Below are positions 1 to 8,823 of a DNA stretch of 64,000 nt, piece by piece (positions within the stretch are counted from its first letter, which is position 1; each line of letters starts with the position of its first letter). This stretch comes from Vulcanimicrobiota bacterium. GTDB taxonomy: Bacteria; Vulcanimicrobiota; Vulcanimicrobiia; Vulcanimicrobiales; Vulcanimicrobiaceae. Under the pieces are notes generated by a model. It saw only the letters and a list, made by a program, of their open reading frames with translations, did no database searches and had not been told where the DNA came from. The position numbers and the translations under genes are program-made. Location of the stretch: assembly GCA_963815165.1 (NCBI GenBank), contig CAWFFL010000002.1, positions 289,023 through 353,022 on the forward strand, written 5' to 3'.

Positions 1-1
1 C

Positions 2-415
2 AAATCCGGTGCATTTCCATGTATGTCCACCATCTATAAACGCGAAGTCGAAATTCAGATCCAGTGCTTTTTCCCCTGCATTCGATCGCTGGTAAAGCAA
101 TTTGCCGAGCTCCCATTCGTATCCCCAATCGCAGAATCGCGCATCAATATATCGGTCCAGACCCAGCTGTCGTCCTAGCTCCTCGATATTCGGTTTTAGG
201 TTGCGAACGTGTGGTAAGTCCAGCGTTACGACGCTTCCGCCTCCTCTGCAATCGAGTGCAGCCGCGAGCACCAGTGAAGAACCTCCTTTAAAGAACCCCA
301 GCTCGATAATGCGCTGTGGTGAAGACTGAATGACGAAGTCGTACAAGGCGAGCGCCTTTTCACGTGAGAGCAACGTGAACTTACTTACTTTACTCCAGAC
401 ATCATCGAACGTCAT
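2..415 (-). CDS. class I SAM-dependent methyltransferase (N-terminal part only; runs off left edge)
   Basis: Absent from the ORF track because it is open at the window edge. My translation from ATG 415..413 is MTFDDVWSKVSKFTLLSREKALALYDFVIQSSPQRIIELGFFKGGSSLVLAAALDCRGG. The IIELG-x3-G-x-S stretch is Rossmann motif I of class I methyltransferases. The start overlaps the upstream stop as ATGA (412..415). Confidence 0.55.
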   Translation of the reverse strand, partial: MTFDDVWSKVSKFTLLSREKALALYDFVIQSSPQRIIELGFFKGGSSLVLAAALDCRGGGSVVTLDLPHVRNLKPNIEELGRQLGLDRYIDARFCDWGYEWELGKLLYQRSNAGEKALDLNFDFAFIDGGHTWKCTGF

Positions 416-1200
416 GATCGGTCGCTTTCGCGAGTGCTCTTGTGTTGTAGCCACCGACAACCGTCGTCGCTCAGAGATGCGATGTCGATGGGCCCACCGA
501 TCCGCCCTACGCACTCCGGCGCATTGATTGATTCGTCAAAACACTTCGTAATGAGCGCGATTGCGCTTGCGTCACCTGGCGTCGGCGTGAGAATCTTGCT
601 GGGCCCGACTTTCTTGCAGCCAAATAGGAAAAGCACCGGCTCCACGACTCGAGAATCGAACACGACATCAACGGCTGGAGGATGGAGTTCGCTTGAATAT
701 TGGCCTGAACTGTCCAGGCCCAGGGAGTGAGCAAGATCGATTCGGGTTATTCTCACTTTGCCGGCGCAATGACGCGTAACATGAATCAGCGATGCGAGCG
801 GTCTTGGATTCGAGGATCGCGCACCGAAATCGCTAGTTAGGTTACTGGCGAAGGCCGACCAAATAGGTAAGAGCCCCTGATATAGGGACTTCGCCAAGGC
901 ATAACCGTGCAAAGTGGGATTTCTCGCACCCAGCTTTGATGCAACATTTCCGGCAAACATCGCCAAGTCTAGAGGCGTATCGAACGTTTCGAGCGCCTGT
1001 CCCGTGCTTACAGAGCGAACGAACCGAACGTACCCGGAGAGCGCGCACAAGCTGTGGTCGTCTAACAAAATGAGTTTTTCAGCATGGTCCGTTGCCGTTC
1101 CAACGTCACTGAGTACGCGGCTGTCCACCGCGGCATAAAGTGCGCTCGGCGTGATAACCACCACTATCAGCGTCCCGCGCGCGCCCTGAATTGCGGCCAT
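412..1200 (-). CDS. proteasome beta-subunit/HslV-like Ntn hydrolase candidate
   Basis: 262-aa ORF. After a 9-aa propeptide ending in Gly (MAAIQGARG|T), the sequence TLIVVVITPSALYAAVDSRVLSDVGTATDHAEK places Thr1, Asp17 and Lys33 at the exact spacing of the proteasome-beta catalytic residues. Confidence 0.4.
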   Translation of the reverse strand: MAAIQGARGTLIVVVITPSALYAAVDSRVLSDVGTATDHAEKLILLDDHSLCALSGYVRFVRSVSTGQALETFDTPLDLAMFAGNVASKLGARNPTLHGYALAKSLYQGLLPIWSAFASNLTSDFGARSSNPRPLASLIHVTRHCAGKVRITRIDLAHSLGLDSSGQYSSELHPPAVDVVFDSRVVEPVLFLFGCKKVGPSKILTPTPGDASAIALITKCFDESINAPECVGRIGGPIDIASLSDDGCRWLQHKSTRESDRS

Positions 1201-1219
1201 CGACGTTACGCCACAGGCA

Positions 1220-1897
1220 CTACTGTCTGGGTCGGTAATAGGAAATTGTACCAGGTGTAGTCGTGGCGGTCCAGGGAATCTTGGCGGGTCCGCCGGTTGT
1301 GCCCATTTGATAACCTGTAGGGCGCCCCTGCGCGTCAGTGCCCGAGTAGACCCCCATGTGGCCGTGCTGCGACCCGGCAGTGGGAGAGGTTACGATTACG
1401 TCGCCCGGCTGTTGCTGACCGGCGGGAACTTTAACGAACTGCGGGTCGTTCCCGATGCTGGTAGTCGTAAAGTCATTTAGGCCCGAAAATCCTGCGTGAT
1501 CGAGTACGTCCATGACAAAGTGGTTGCAGTCGGAAAGCGCTCCACCATCGGATGCATCCGACCCAAGATTGTATTTGACGTTGCGCGCCTTGTAATCGGC
1601 CATCACCGTCGCGGCAGTCTGAGCTATAGCTTGCCCTGTCGCCGCGGTAACCGGATCCGCGGTCGTAGAGGCATCGTACTCCGTCGATCCCGCGAACGGA
1701 TGCAGGCGGACGTCGGCATTCGTAGTTCTCGAAATTAGCCTTTCTTCGAGGTCCATCGCACGAGTTAGATCGCATTGTCGCCGGACGGCAATCGCAGCTT
1801 GCCGAAAGCGCTGCGCAGCGCTATGTTCGCCGGCGTTGGTCATGCGGTCGGCGGCGCGCTCCAATCGACGCGCTATTGTCTCGATGATATGATCCAT
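1220..1897 (-). CDS. NlpC/P60 (papain-fold) cell-wall hydrolase-like protein with a ~75-aa helical N-terminal leader
   Basis: The Cys motif ALSDCNHFVMDVLDHAG and the His motif PGDVIVTSPTAGSQHGHMGVYSG match the NlpC/P60 pattern (DCS-x-x-V ... pGD-x-v ... H-v-G-i-Y). The N-terminus MDHIIETIARRLERAADRM..FAGSTEYD is shared with ORF 5594..6367. Confidence 0.6.
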   Translation of the reverse strand: MDHIIETIARRLERAADRMTNAGEHSAAQRFRQAAIAVRRQCDLTRAMDLEERLISRTTNADVRLHPFAGSTEYDASTTADPVTAATGQAIAQTAATVMADYKARNVKYNLGSDASDGGALSDCNHFVMDVLDHAGFSGLNDFTTTSIGNDPQFVKVPAGQQQPGDVIVTSPTAGSQHGHMGVYSGTDAQGRPTGYQMGTTGGPAKIPWTATTTPGTISYYRPRQ

Positions 1898-1928
1898 TCG
1901 CGTTCCTCACGTTTGCATGTATCGATAG

Positions 1929-2927
1929 TTACAGACCGCTTGTTCCAGTCGCGACTTGTTGTAAGGTTCGGTATGTGTCCTCACGCCTATGCTGGAAGTA
2001 TTCCAGTGCCCAAGTTCGGAAGTCCGTAGCGACATCGGTTAACTGCCAGCACTCGCGACTACGAGCCTCGAGATGACGATACGGGTCGAATCGCATAGCG
2101 ATGAGCTCTTGATTGCGCAGTGCGTAGCGTCGATTCGCCATGTCGCCGTGCCACAAGTGCAGGATCGTTCCAGGAATGAACCCTACTCGAGCTCGGACGC
2201 GGGGATATATGTGTTCGGCCCACGATTGAAAGTGAGTCAACATTGCGGTGTCGGTTCCAAAGGTGCGCGTTATACAATCCGATTCCCAATCGCCGCAAAA
2301 CGCGTGCGCCATTACGTGATCGCCGCTCCCGGAGATACAGGCATCATAGAGGCCTTCTTCAACGATCTCACGCCTCGCCGCCCAGCCAAAGCCGGTATGG
2401 CCATGTTCCGGGTACCTCCCGCGCAGCAAGCAGTTCGGAGACTCCAGATATATGGATGCAAAGCTTTTGTAGAGTTCGCCTATGCCCTCGAAAGTGTCGC
2501 GCTTTGGTGGTAGGCGAATCGCGAGCTCGAATGGTTGAACGACGATCGATTCACTGTTTAGCGCCTCGGAGACTCTTACCGCCCAATCTCGTTCCGCGAA
2601 AAGAAGGTCCGCATCTAGCCAAACGACTTTCTTAAAGCGCTTTGGCAGCTCGCCCACCAGGATATTCAATAAGCGCTCTTTTTGCCAAAGTACGTCGCGC
2701 GCGCTGATAACTTTTGCGTTCCAATCGCGAGGAAGCTCCGGAGACCGGCCGGCAAAAGTGCATTCTATGATGAACAGGTCCAACCCTGACTTGATAATTG
2801 GTTCCCGGAAGCGTGTAAATTTGGCGAGCTTCGATGCATAGCCGCTTGGATTGAAGTGGCAAGTGACGATTGCTAGATCATCCGCCGGGGCGTATTCTCC
2901 AGCCGGCTCAACGAAGGACGGAACCAT
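1929..2927 (-). CDS. putative GT-A fold glycosyltransferase (family not recognised)
   Basis: 332-aa ORF with a DxD-like VVWLDADLLF motif. It sits 3 nt downstream of the UDP-sugar genes in the same operon. Confidence 0.4.
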   Translation of the reverse strand: MVPSFVEPAGEYAPADDLAIVTCHFNPSGYASKLAKFTRFREPIIKSGLDLFIIECTFAGRSPELPRDWNAKVISARDVLWQKERLLNILVGELPKRFKKVVWLDADLLFAERDWAVRVSEALNSESIVVQPFELAIRLPPKRDTFEGIGELYKSFASIYLESPNCLLRGRYPEHGHTGFGWAARREIVEEGLYDACISGSGDHVMAHAFCGDWESDCITRTFGTDTAMLTHFQSWAEHIYPRVRARVGFIPGTILHLWHGDMANRRYALRNQELIAMRFDPYRHLEARSRECWQLTDVATDFRTWALEYFQHRREDTYRTLQQVATGTSGL

Positions 2928-2930
2928 CAG

Positions 2931-3953
2931 CTATCCGCGAGCCGTGACTGACTCATGTCGCCCGCCGGAACGCGACGTGCCGAACTTCGCCGCACCATCT
3001 TCCGAGCCGCGAAAGCTGCGAACGGTGGCGCGGAGGCCTTCCTCGAGCGTCACCGACGGTTCCCAACCGAGCACGGAGCGCGCAACGGAGATGTCAGGGC
3101 AGCGACGCCGCGGGTCTTCGGGCAGCCTTGGAAGCCAGCGTTGTTGAAACGGCACTCCGACCACTTCGCAAACAAGCCTTCCGATGTCGAGGATCGTACG
3201 CTCGTCAGGGTTGCCGAGGTTCAAGACCGCTCCCTTAGCACTCGGTGCATTCATCGCTCGCACGATGCCGCTCACGATGTCTGAGACATAACACAATGAG
3301 CGCGTGGAGTATCCATCGCCGTAAATCGTAAGGGGCTCGTTATGGAGCGCCTGCGTAACGAACGTTGGAACGACGCGGCCGTCGTCGGGTCGCATTCGAG
3401 GACCGTACGTGTTAAAGATCCGTAGTATTCGTACGTCGGCGTCCGACGTGTTGCTGAAGGCCTTCGCGAGAGCTTCGCCATAGCGCTTTCCTTCGTAATA
3501 CGAGGAGCGTGCGCCGACTGGGCTGAGTTGACCATTGTAGAACTCGCTTTGCGGGGATTCCGTGGGGTCGCCGTAGACTTCAGAGGTAGACGCAAAAACA
3601 AAGGCGGCGCCCGATTCACACGCGTACTTAATCGCATTGTCCGTCCCAATGCTGTTGGCTCGAAGCGTAGCTAGTTGGTGCTTGAGATAAAAGGATGGAC
3701 TCGCGGGCGATGCAAGGTGAATGACGTGCGTCGGGCGAGCATAAGTTTTGCCTATCGATTTAATTGCGTCCCACGGATCGGTGATGTCTGCCTGAAGGAA
3801 AGAAAATAGGGCGTGGTCCTGCAAGTGTGCGATGTTTCTTCGCGTCCCCGTAATGAAATTATCGACCCCAATGACCCTTGCATCCACCGCAAGCAGAGAG
3901 TCAACTAGATGAGAACCGATAAAGCCAGCCGCACCAAGCACAAGCACTCTCAC
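2931..3953 (-). CDS. UDP-glucuronate decarboxylase / NAD-dependent epimerase-dehydratase (extended SDR)
   Basis: MRVLVLGAAGFIGSHLVDSL provides the GxxGxxG motif, and SSYYEGKRYGEAL provides YxxxK in the Y-x-E-G-K-R context typical of UDP-xylose synthases. The start overlaps the ugd stop as GTGA (3950..3953). Confidence 0.8.
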   Translation of the reverse strand: MRVLVLGAAGFIGSHLVDSLLAVDARVIGVDNFITGTRRNIAHLQDHALFSFLQADITDPWDAIKSIGKTYARPTHVIHLASPASPSFYLKHQLATLRANSIGTDNAIKYACESGAAFVFASTSEVYGDPTESPQSEFYNGQLSPVGARSSYYEGKRYGEALAKAFSNTSDADVRILRIFNTYGPRMRPDDGRVVPTFVTQALHNEPLTIYGDGYSTRSLCYVSDIVSGIVRAMNAPSAKGAVLNLGNPDERTILDIGRLVCEVVGVPFQQRWLPRLPEDPRRRCPDISVARSVLGWEPSVTLEEGLRATVRSFRGSEDGAAKFGTSRSGGRHESVTARG

Positions 3954-5324
3954 GACGCCGATTCCACATGTTTTTCGTCGCTGCTAAACTCTGAACCGCG
4001 CCCAATCCCAACGAGGCGCAGCCCAGCGCGGGCGGCTTCGTTTCGATTCCAGACGCTTCGCGCGTCGACGAGTAGGCTACCGCTCATGAGTCGGCGGGCC
4101 TCCGCGAAATCGAGCTGTACGTATTCGGGCCACTCGGTCGCTAGGACGGTTGCGTGCGCGCCGGCGAGAGCATTCTGAAGACAAGGGACAAGCCTCACAT
4201 TCAATTCCTTAACTCGCGCGAGGCCGCGATCGCTTAGCGGAACCGGATTGTGAGCAACCACCGTAGCATTCGACCGAATGAGCTCGTTTGCCAGTTCAAT
4301 CGCAGGCGAACAGCGAGCGTCGCTGGTCTGCGGCTTGTATGAAAGGCCAAGAAGCGCGATTCGCTTGCCTGCAAGCCCATTGAGCTCGCTCGATAACAAT
4401 CGAGCGTACGCTCTTGGGCGATCTTCATTGATTTCGGAGACCGCAGACAAGAGGCGTAACTTCGTTTGGTGACCATGCGCGAGCGCAATCAAAGCGCGAA
4501 GGTCTTTTGGCAAACAGGAGCCGCCAAAGCCCAAGCCCGCTTGAAGAAACCCTGGACCGATTCGACGATCGCTTTCGAGACCGGATGCTATGTCCGCCAC
4601 GTCTACACCCAAGTCGGCACAGACGTCCGATATTTCGTTCATGAAGGAAATCTTCATTGCTAAGAAGGCGTTCGTAACGAGTTTGATAAGTTCGGCCGTG
4701 CGTGTGTCGGTCACCAGAAACGTGCTTTGGATTCCTTCATAAACGGCGCGCAATATTGCCGTGGAGGCGTCATCGCTGCTACCGATTATGATCCGGTCCG
4801 GGTTCATAAAATCGCGTATAGCCGAACCTTGTCGAAGAAATTCAGGATTCGCAAGAACGCCAGTCGGATATGCGCCTCCACTCGCCTCGCACAGTATGGA
4901 TGAAAGCAGATCGGCCGTTCCGATCGGAACCGTCGACTTGTTCACTACCGTTATCGGCCCGTCGGCTTCAGTTGCGATCAGTCGCGCCAGCTTCGCTAGA
5001 TGTTCGGTACTCAGCGAACCGTCGCTAAACGGCGTGCCGATCGCTACGAAAACTACACCGGCTTTGCGTACCGCCTCTGAAAGCGACGTCGTAAACCGAA
5101 GCCTTGATAAGGCAACGTTCCGCGAAATCAGCTCACATAAGCCCGGCTCGAAAAAGGGGACAACAGCGGCATTGAGGTTGCGAATTTCTGCTCAGATCGC
5201 TGTCGACGCATGTAACGTGATTACCGAGTTCAGCTAGGCAGGCGGCAGAAGTCAACCCAACGTGACCTGCGCCGATTACGGCAAGACGCCGCCTGCGGGC
5301 CTCACCGCAACGCAAGTGTTGCAT
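3950..5324 (-). CDS. ugd: UDP-glucose 6-dehydrogenase, reading frame broken by one extra base
   Basis: The N-terminal piece (5133..5324) reads LAVIGAGHVGLTSAACLAELGNHVTCVDSD. My translation of the next frame gives IRNLNAAVVPFFEPGLCELISRNV..GVVFVAIGTPF..VVNKSTVPIGT, which joins ORF 3950..4945. Removing one T from the TTT run at 5185..5187 (+ strand) restores VDSDLSRIRNLNAAVVPFFEPGL. Confidence 0.85.
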
Positions 5325-5397
5325 ACGTCCTCATAAACTCCACCGTACGAGCAATCATGAGTAAGTGGACAAGACGCGAGCCAGGATCGATGGTCCG

Positions 5398-5413
5398 GAC
5401 GCCCGCGGGCGTC
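5398..5413. promoter_or_regulatory. perfect 16-bp palindrome GACGCCCGCGGGCGTC in a divergent intergenic region
   Basis: Read directly from the sequence. It lies between ugd (start 5324, minus) and the leader-LAS gene (start 5594, plus). It could be an operator or a stem-loop; function unknown. Confidence 0.3.
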
Positions 5414-5593
5414 AGCAGATCACTGCCGAAGCAAGTTCGTTCGTTTGGTTCAACCAATCCTGGCGAGCGATAGCTTAATTTGGGCAAAAAACTCAAAAGC
5501 AAGCTGGCGGTTAATCGACCGCAAGGTAAAACCGGAAAACTAGCTCATCCGAGCTACACCCTAATCGCGCAGATATTTAAGTTGGAATAGAAC

Positions 5594-6367
5594 GTGGACG
5601 AGTCGATTAAACAAATTGCCGCCCGACTGGAAAGGGCTGCCGATCGCATGAAAAACTCGGGTGACCTAGACGGTGAGCTGAGACTGCGAGCGGCTGTAGA
5701 TACCGTCTTGGCGCGAGGTGATCTTGCGAAAGCTTTGCTGATGGAGGGCGATCTCCTGAAGAGCGATGCAGAAAGCAGAACAGCTCGCGTAGTCGCCTTT
5801 GCGGCCAGCACCGAGTACGATCCCGGGGCCGACGACGGCATTGACGATCCTGACGTATCGGGAACGGACCAATTGGTTACGGGCCCAAGCGGGCCGCCGG
5901 CGTACACCGTTAAAGTGAGCGTATCGATCGATTCAAACATCGCAGCAAATATTTTTCCAATCGCAGACAGTTATGCGAATTCCACAGGAGGCCAGCTGTT
6001 CAATGTCTCCGACGCGAATCGTACTGCGGATGATCAAGCAAGCGCAATGTATAACAACTATCAGAATGATACTGCACCCAGCTATAAGAACGTAGCGCTT
6101 GAACAACAGATTCACGACGCCTACACGCAGGGTGTCGACGACAAAGAATCACACGACGCAATAGTAAGCGATATGGCGAAAGTGATCCAAGACGCCATGG
6201 ATCAAGGAAACTATATATCGGATCACTTGACTGGCGATGCATTTGATGTAAGCAAGGTCGATGCACACGGGAATCCGATAAATCTATCCAAGCTTCAGGC
6301 GGCCGCGACCGCTCAAGGATACACCGTCTTGATCGAGGCCAATCACTACCATCTGCAGCCTAAATAA
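5594..6367 (+). CDS. LAS-family (VanY/M15-like) zinc peptidase-like protein with the shared N-terminal leader
   Basis: GTG start. The N-terminus MDESIKQIAARLERAADRM..FAASTEYD is the shared leader. The C-terminus carries SDHLTGDAFDV (SxHxxGxAxD, i.e. H-x6-D) and EANHYHL (H-x-H), the LAS/M15 metal-ligand signature. Confidence 0.6.
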   Translation: MDESIKQIAARLERAADRMKNSGDLDGELRLRAAVDTVLARGDLAKALLMEGDLLKSDAESRTARVVAFAASTEYDPGADDGIDDPDVSGTDQLVTGPSGPPAYTVKVSVSIDSNIAANIFPIADSYANSTGGQLFNVSDANRTADDQASAMYNNYQNDTAPSYKNVALEQQIHDAYTQGVDDKESHDAIVSDMAKVIQDAMDQGNYISDHLTGDAFDVSKVDAHGNPINLSKLQAAATAQGYTVLIEANHYHLQPK

Positions 6368-6569
6368 TCGCACGGTCTCGGTCTCGGTTTAGGTTTCGGC
6401 GGCATGCATAGTAGCCAAGTTAGCCAAACGAGCAGGCACTAGCTAGGGAAGGGCGAATGCTCCCTTGGCAGGGGCTACAGCCAAGGCGCGCTCGGCTTTC
6501 CTCACGCCGCGCGCATCGCGCGCCGACGCCAAACTTAAAAACCTTCTCTTCTCTCACGGAGGGTTACAC

Positions 6570-7004
6570 ATGAGTCTCCAGGCGCGACAGGATCTGGTAA
6601 ACAAACTCGTCTTTCAACGAGATTCAGAAAAGAGCGACCTGATGGATCCGAACATGACGCAAACGACTCTCATAGCGTTATTACTCGATCTCGTGAACAA
6701 GGGTCACCACATCGAAATCACCGCGATCCGTACCGATCACAGCGATGATTCCTCGCTTGGACTGCACTGTCACCACAATGGATACTGCGCGGACCTATGG
6801 CCGCTCGGCTCGACGGCGCCCGGAGACTATCTGGACGCAAGTAATCCGTACTTTCAACAATTCTTGCGAGACGCGGCCGCTAGTTCGTGGCTCTATCAAA
6901 TCGGCCTTGCCGGGTCAGCTTGGAATAGTTTAAATATTTCCGCGGCGGGCTCAACCGTTTTCCAGGACGACGGCGCGGATCACGTTCATCTAGGAGCAGA
7001 GTAG
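6570..7004 (+). CDS. small LAS/M15-like protein (no leader)
   Basis: I prefer ATG 6570, which has GGAGG 7 nt upstream, over the ORF-track start at 6465. HHNGYCAD gives H-x6-D and the C-terminal GADHVHLG gives H-x-H. Confidence 0.45.
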   Translation: MSLQARQDLVNKLVFQRDSEKSDLMDPNMTQTTLIALLLDLVNKGHHIEITAIRTDHSDDSSLGLHCHHNGYCADLWPLGSTAPGDYLDASNPYFQQFLRDAAASSWLYQIGLAGSAWNSLNISAAGSTVFQDDGADHVHLGAE

Positions 7005-7252
7005 GCAGACGAGAATTGACGCCCACGACGCACCCGAACATCTCGTTCTCGACGTGCAAGCCTGCGGTCAAGCTAAGGGAATCGGCTTGGGTGGACCATT
7101 CCAGGCCGTAGGCGCCGCATGCGAGGGATACAACGCCGCCAGCAAGCTGTTTCAGGACAACAAGAACGATCACATACACATACAGGTCGTCGGCTATTGA
7201 TCCTAGAGGCTGCTAAAAGAAGACCAGTTTCGACTACTAGCTGGACAATGCA

Positions 7253-8347
7253 GTGAAGCTCGTCGCGATAATCTGTCTTTCCTTTTTGGCTCTCCTTTCA
7301 GCGTCGACGCCTATACTGGCACAGCCGAGCCACGCTACTGTGGCTTCGGCTGATTGTGGCGTGAGCGTTAAGCGATCCGACTACTGCGCCGCCCAAATTG
7401 CAAATCTCCAGGCGCAAGCGGACTACTATAAGGCGCAAACTAGAAGTTCGACCTGGTTGCCACTCATTCAAACCTTTGCTGGTCTGTTTGGCGGCCTCGC
7501 AGGACTTGGCGCAGTGCTGGGCGTCTTTGTGGCTTGGCGTCAACTGAGTTCAACGATAAAGACCGCGAGAGAAAGCGCAGAAATCGCGTGGATACAGCTC
7601 CAATCTACTGTAAATACCGCCAAAGCGAGCGCCGAAATGCAAAAACGATCCGAGCAGAACTCGGAATTCTTCGCCACGTTGGAGCGCTTCGGCAACGAGA
7701 GTAACGCTACGTTACGAGCCGGCGCAGCCTACGTTCTGGAAATGATGGCGCTGGATCGGGATCGTTATGATCACATTCCACTTCAGGCTGTGATCGCGCA
7801 ACTTGTTACGAAGCTAGCGACGGAGAACGACGCGGCCGTCGTAGATGCGATAGTGAACGCCCTCCTAGCTATCGGCAAGGCATATCCGGAGGACGTTCGT
7901 CCAAACATCAGTGAGAAGTTCCGCCGCGATCGCCTTAAAGAGGTCATTGCCGGCTTTGCCGTCCTTGTCGCGTCGCGAATCCACTTCAGCGATGCAACGC
8001 ACCTTGAGGCAACGGACGTAGACCTGAAGCGAGCCGTGGACATTACCGGACTCGATTACGTCGAGCTCAGCGCTATTTCGCAGGGGGCAGGCTTCGTCCA
8101 GGCGGTCGCCGCAGCCAGAGAGATGTCGGCTTGGGAACAACTTACGCCGGCGGACATCGCGTATCGGCTAAGTCGCACCGCGCTCCGGTTGCTTGCGATG
8201 CGATACGTATCCGAGCGAATTCCAGGAGGCCTGCTCAGCTGCAGCAGCGGCTGGGGCACCAGTAACAGCGGTACGACGGAGAGCACCGATTCCAGCAGTA
8301 GTAGCTGGCAGAGCCGTGCGGCGTCGAGTAGCAGCAGTAGGGATTAA
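7253..8347 (+). CDS. secreted/membrane protein with HEAT-like helical repeats and a Ser-rich tail
   Basis: Signal peptide MKLVAIICLSFLALLSASTPILAQP. One TM segment, LIQTFAGLFGGLAGLGAVLGVFVAW. The C-terminus is TDSSSSSWQSRAASSSSSRD. Confidence 0.5.
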   Translation: MKLVAIICLSFLALLSASTPILAQPSHATVASADCGVSVKRSDYCAAQIANLQAQADYYKAQTRSSTWLPLIQTFAGLFGGLAGLGAVLGVFVAWRQLSSTIKTARESAEIAWIQLQSTVNTAKASAEMQKRSEQNSEFFATLERFGNESNATLRAGAAYVLEMMALDRDRYDHIPLQAVIAQLVTKLATENDAAVVDAIVNALLAIGKAYPEDVRPNISEKFRRDRLKEVIAGFAVLVASRIHFSDATHLEATDVDLKRAVDITGLDYVELSAISQGAGFVQAVAAAREMSAWEQLTPADIAYRLSRTALRLLAMRYVSERIPGGLLSCSSGWGTSNSGTTESTDSSSSSWQSRAASSSSSRD

Positions 8348-8416
8348 TCACTGTAGGGCCGACAAATCGGTGCGGTCCGAAGGTTCACACTCGCGACTGG
8401 CCGTCAGAGTTGGTAG

Positions 8417-8821
8417 TTAGTGGCCGCTTGCGTCGGAGGCAAGCGTAGTCGTCGCCGTTAGCACTCCTACAAGCGGCCCCGCTACGATCGCCGCTCCGAG
8501 CGACACGGCGTCACCGACAATCTTTATGATCGAATTGATTTTAGTCGCGTCTGCTTTCATTCGGTTCGCGGCGGCGTTTGCAGCGCCGGTGGCTGCTTTG
8601 ATCTTATTAAGATTGTCAGCAGTTGCCGCAAGCGCATTCAGAGCCGTTTGTATGGCAACCCCGTCAGAATATGTGACGAGGTCCGTATTATATTCGTTTA
8701 GCTTATCCGCCTGAGCGTCAGAAAGATTCAGAGCCGGATTGCCGATAATGTTTGCGACAACGAGCGAAAGATTAGTGAAATCTCGCGCGATATCGAGGGC
8801 CGTTGCATTGCCATTTGTCAT
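8417..8821 (-). CDS. hypothetical Ala-rich helical protein with a C-terminal hydrophobic segment
   Basis: 134-aa ORF that starts 2 nt after the stop of the upstream lipoprotein gene. The C-terminus contains GDAVSLGAAIVAGPLVGVLTA. Confidence 0.45.
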   Translation of the reverse strand: MTNGNATALDIARDFTNLSLVVANIIGNPALNLSDAQADKLNEYNTDLVTYSDGVAIQTALNALAATADNLNKIKAATGAANAAANRMKADATKINSIIKIVGDAVSLGAAIVAGPLVGVLTATTTLASDASGH

Positions 8822-8823
8822 GT

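Noticed and set aside
4761-5237. 158-aa + strand ORF
   Set aside because: It is antisense to the central part of ugd, whose translation I verified across the frame break.
6880-7179. 99-aa minus-strand ORF in the gap after the LAS-like gene
   Set aside because: It overlaps the 3' end of 6570..7004 and has no Shine-Dalgarno or motif. The + strand frame here carries the D-H-I-H LAS-like ending instead, which is reported as a finding.
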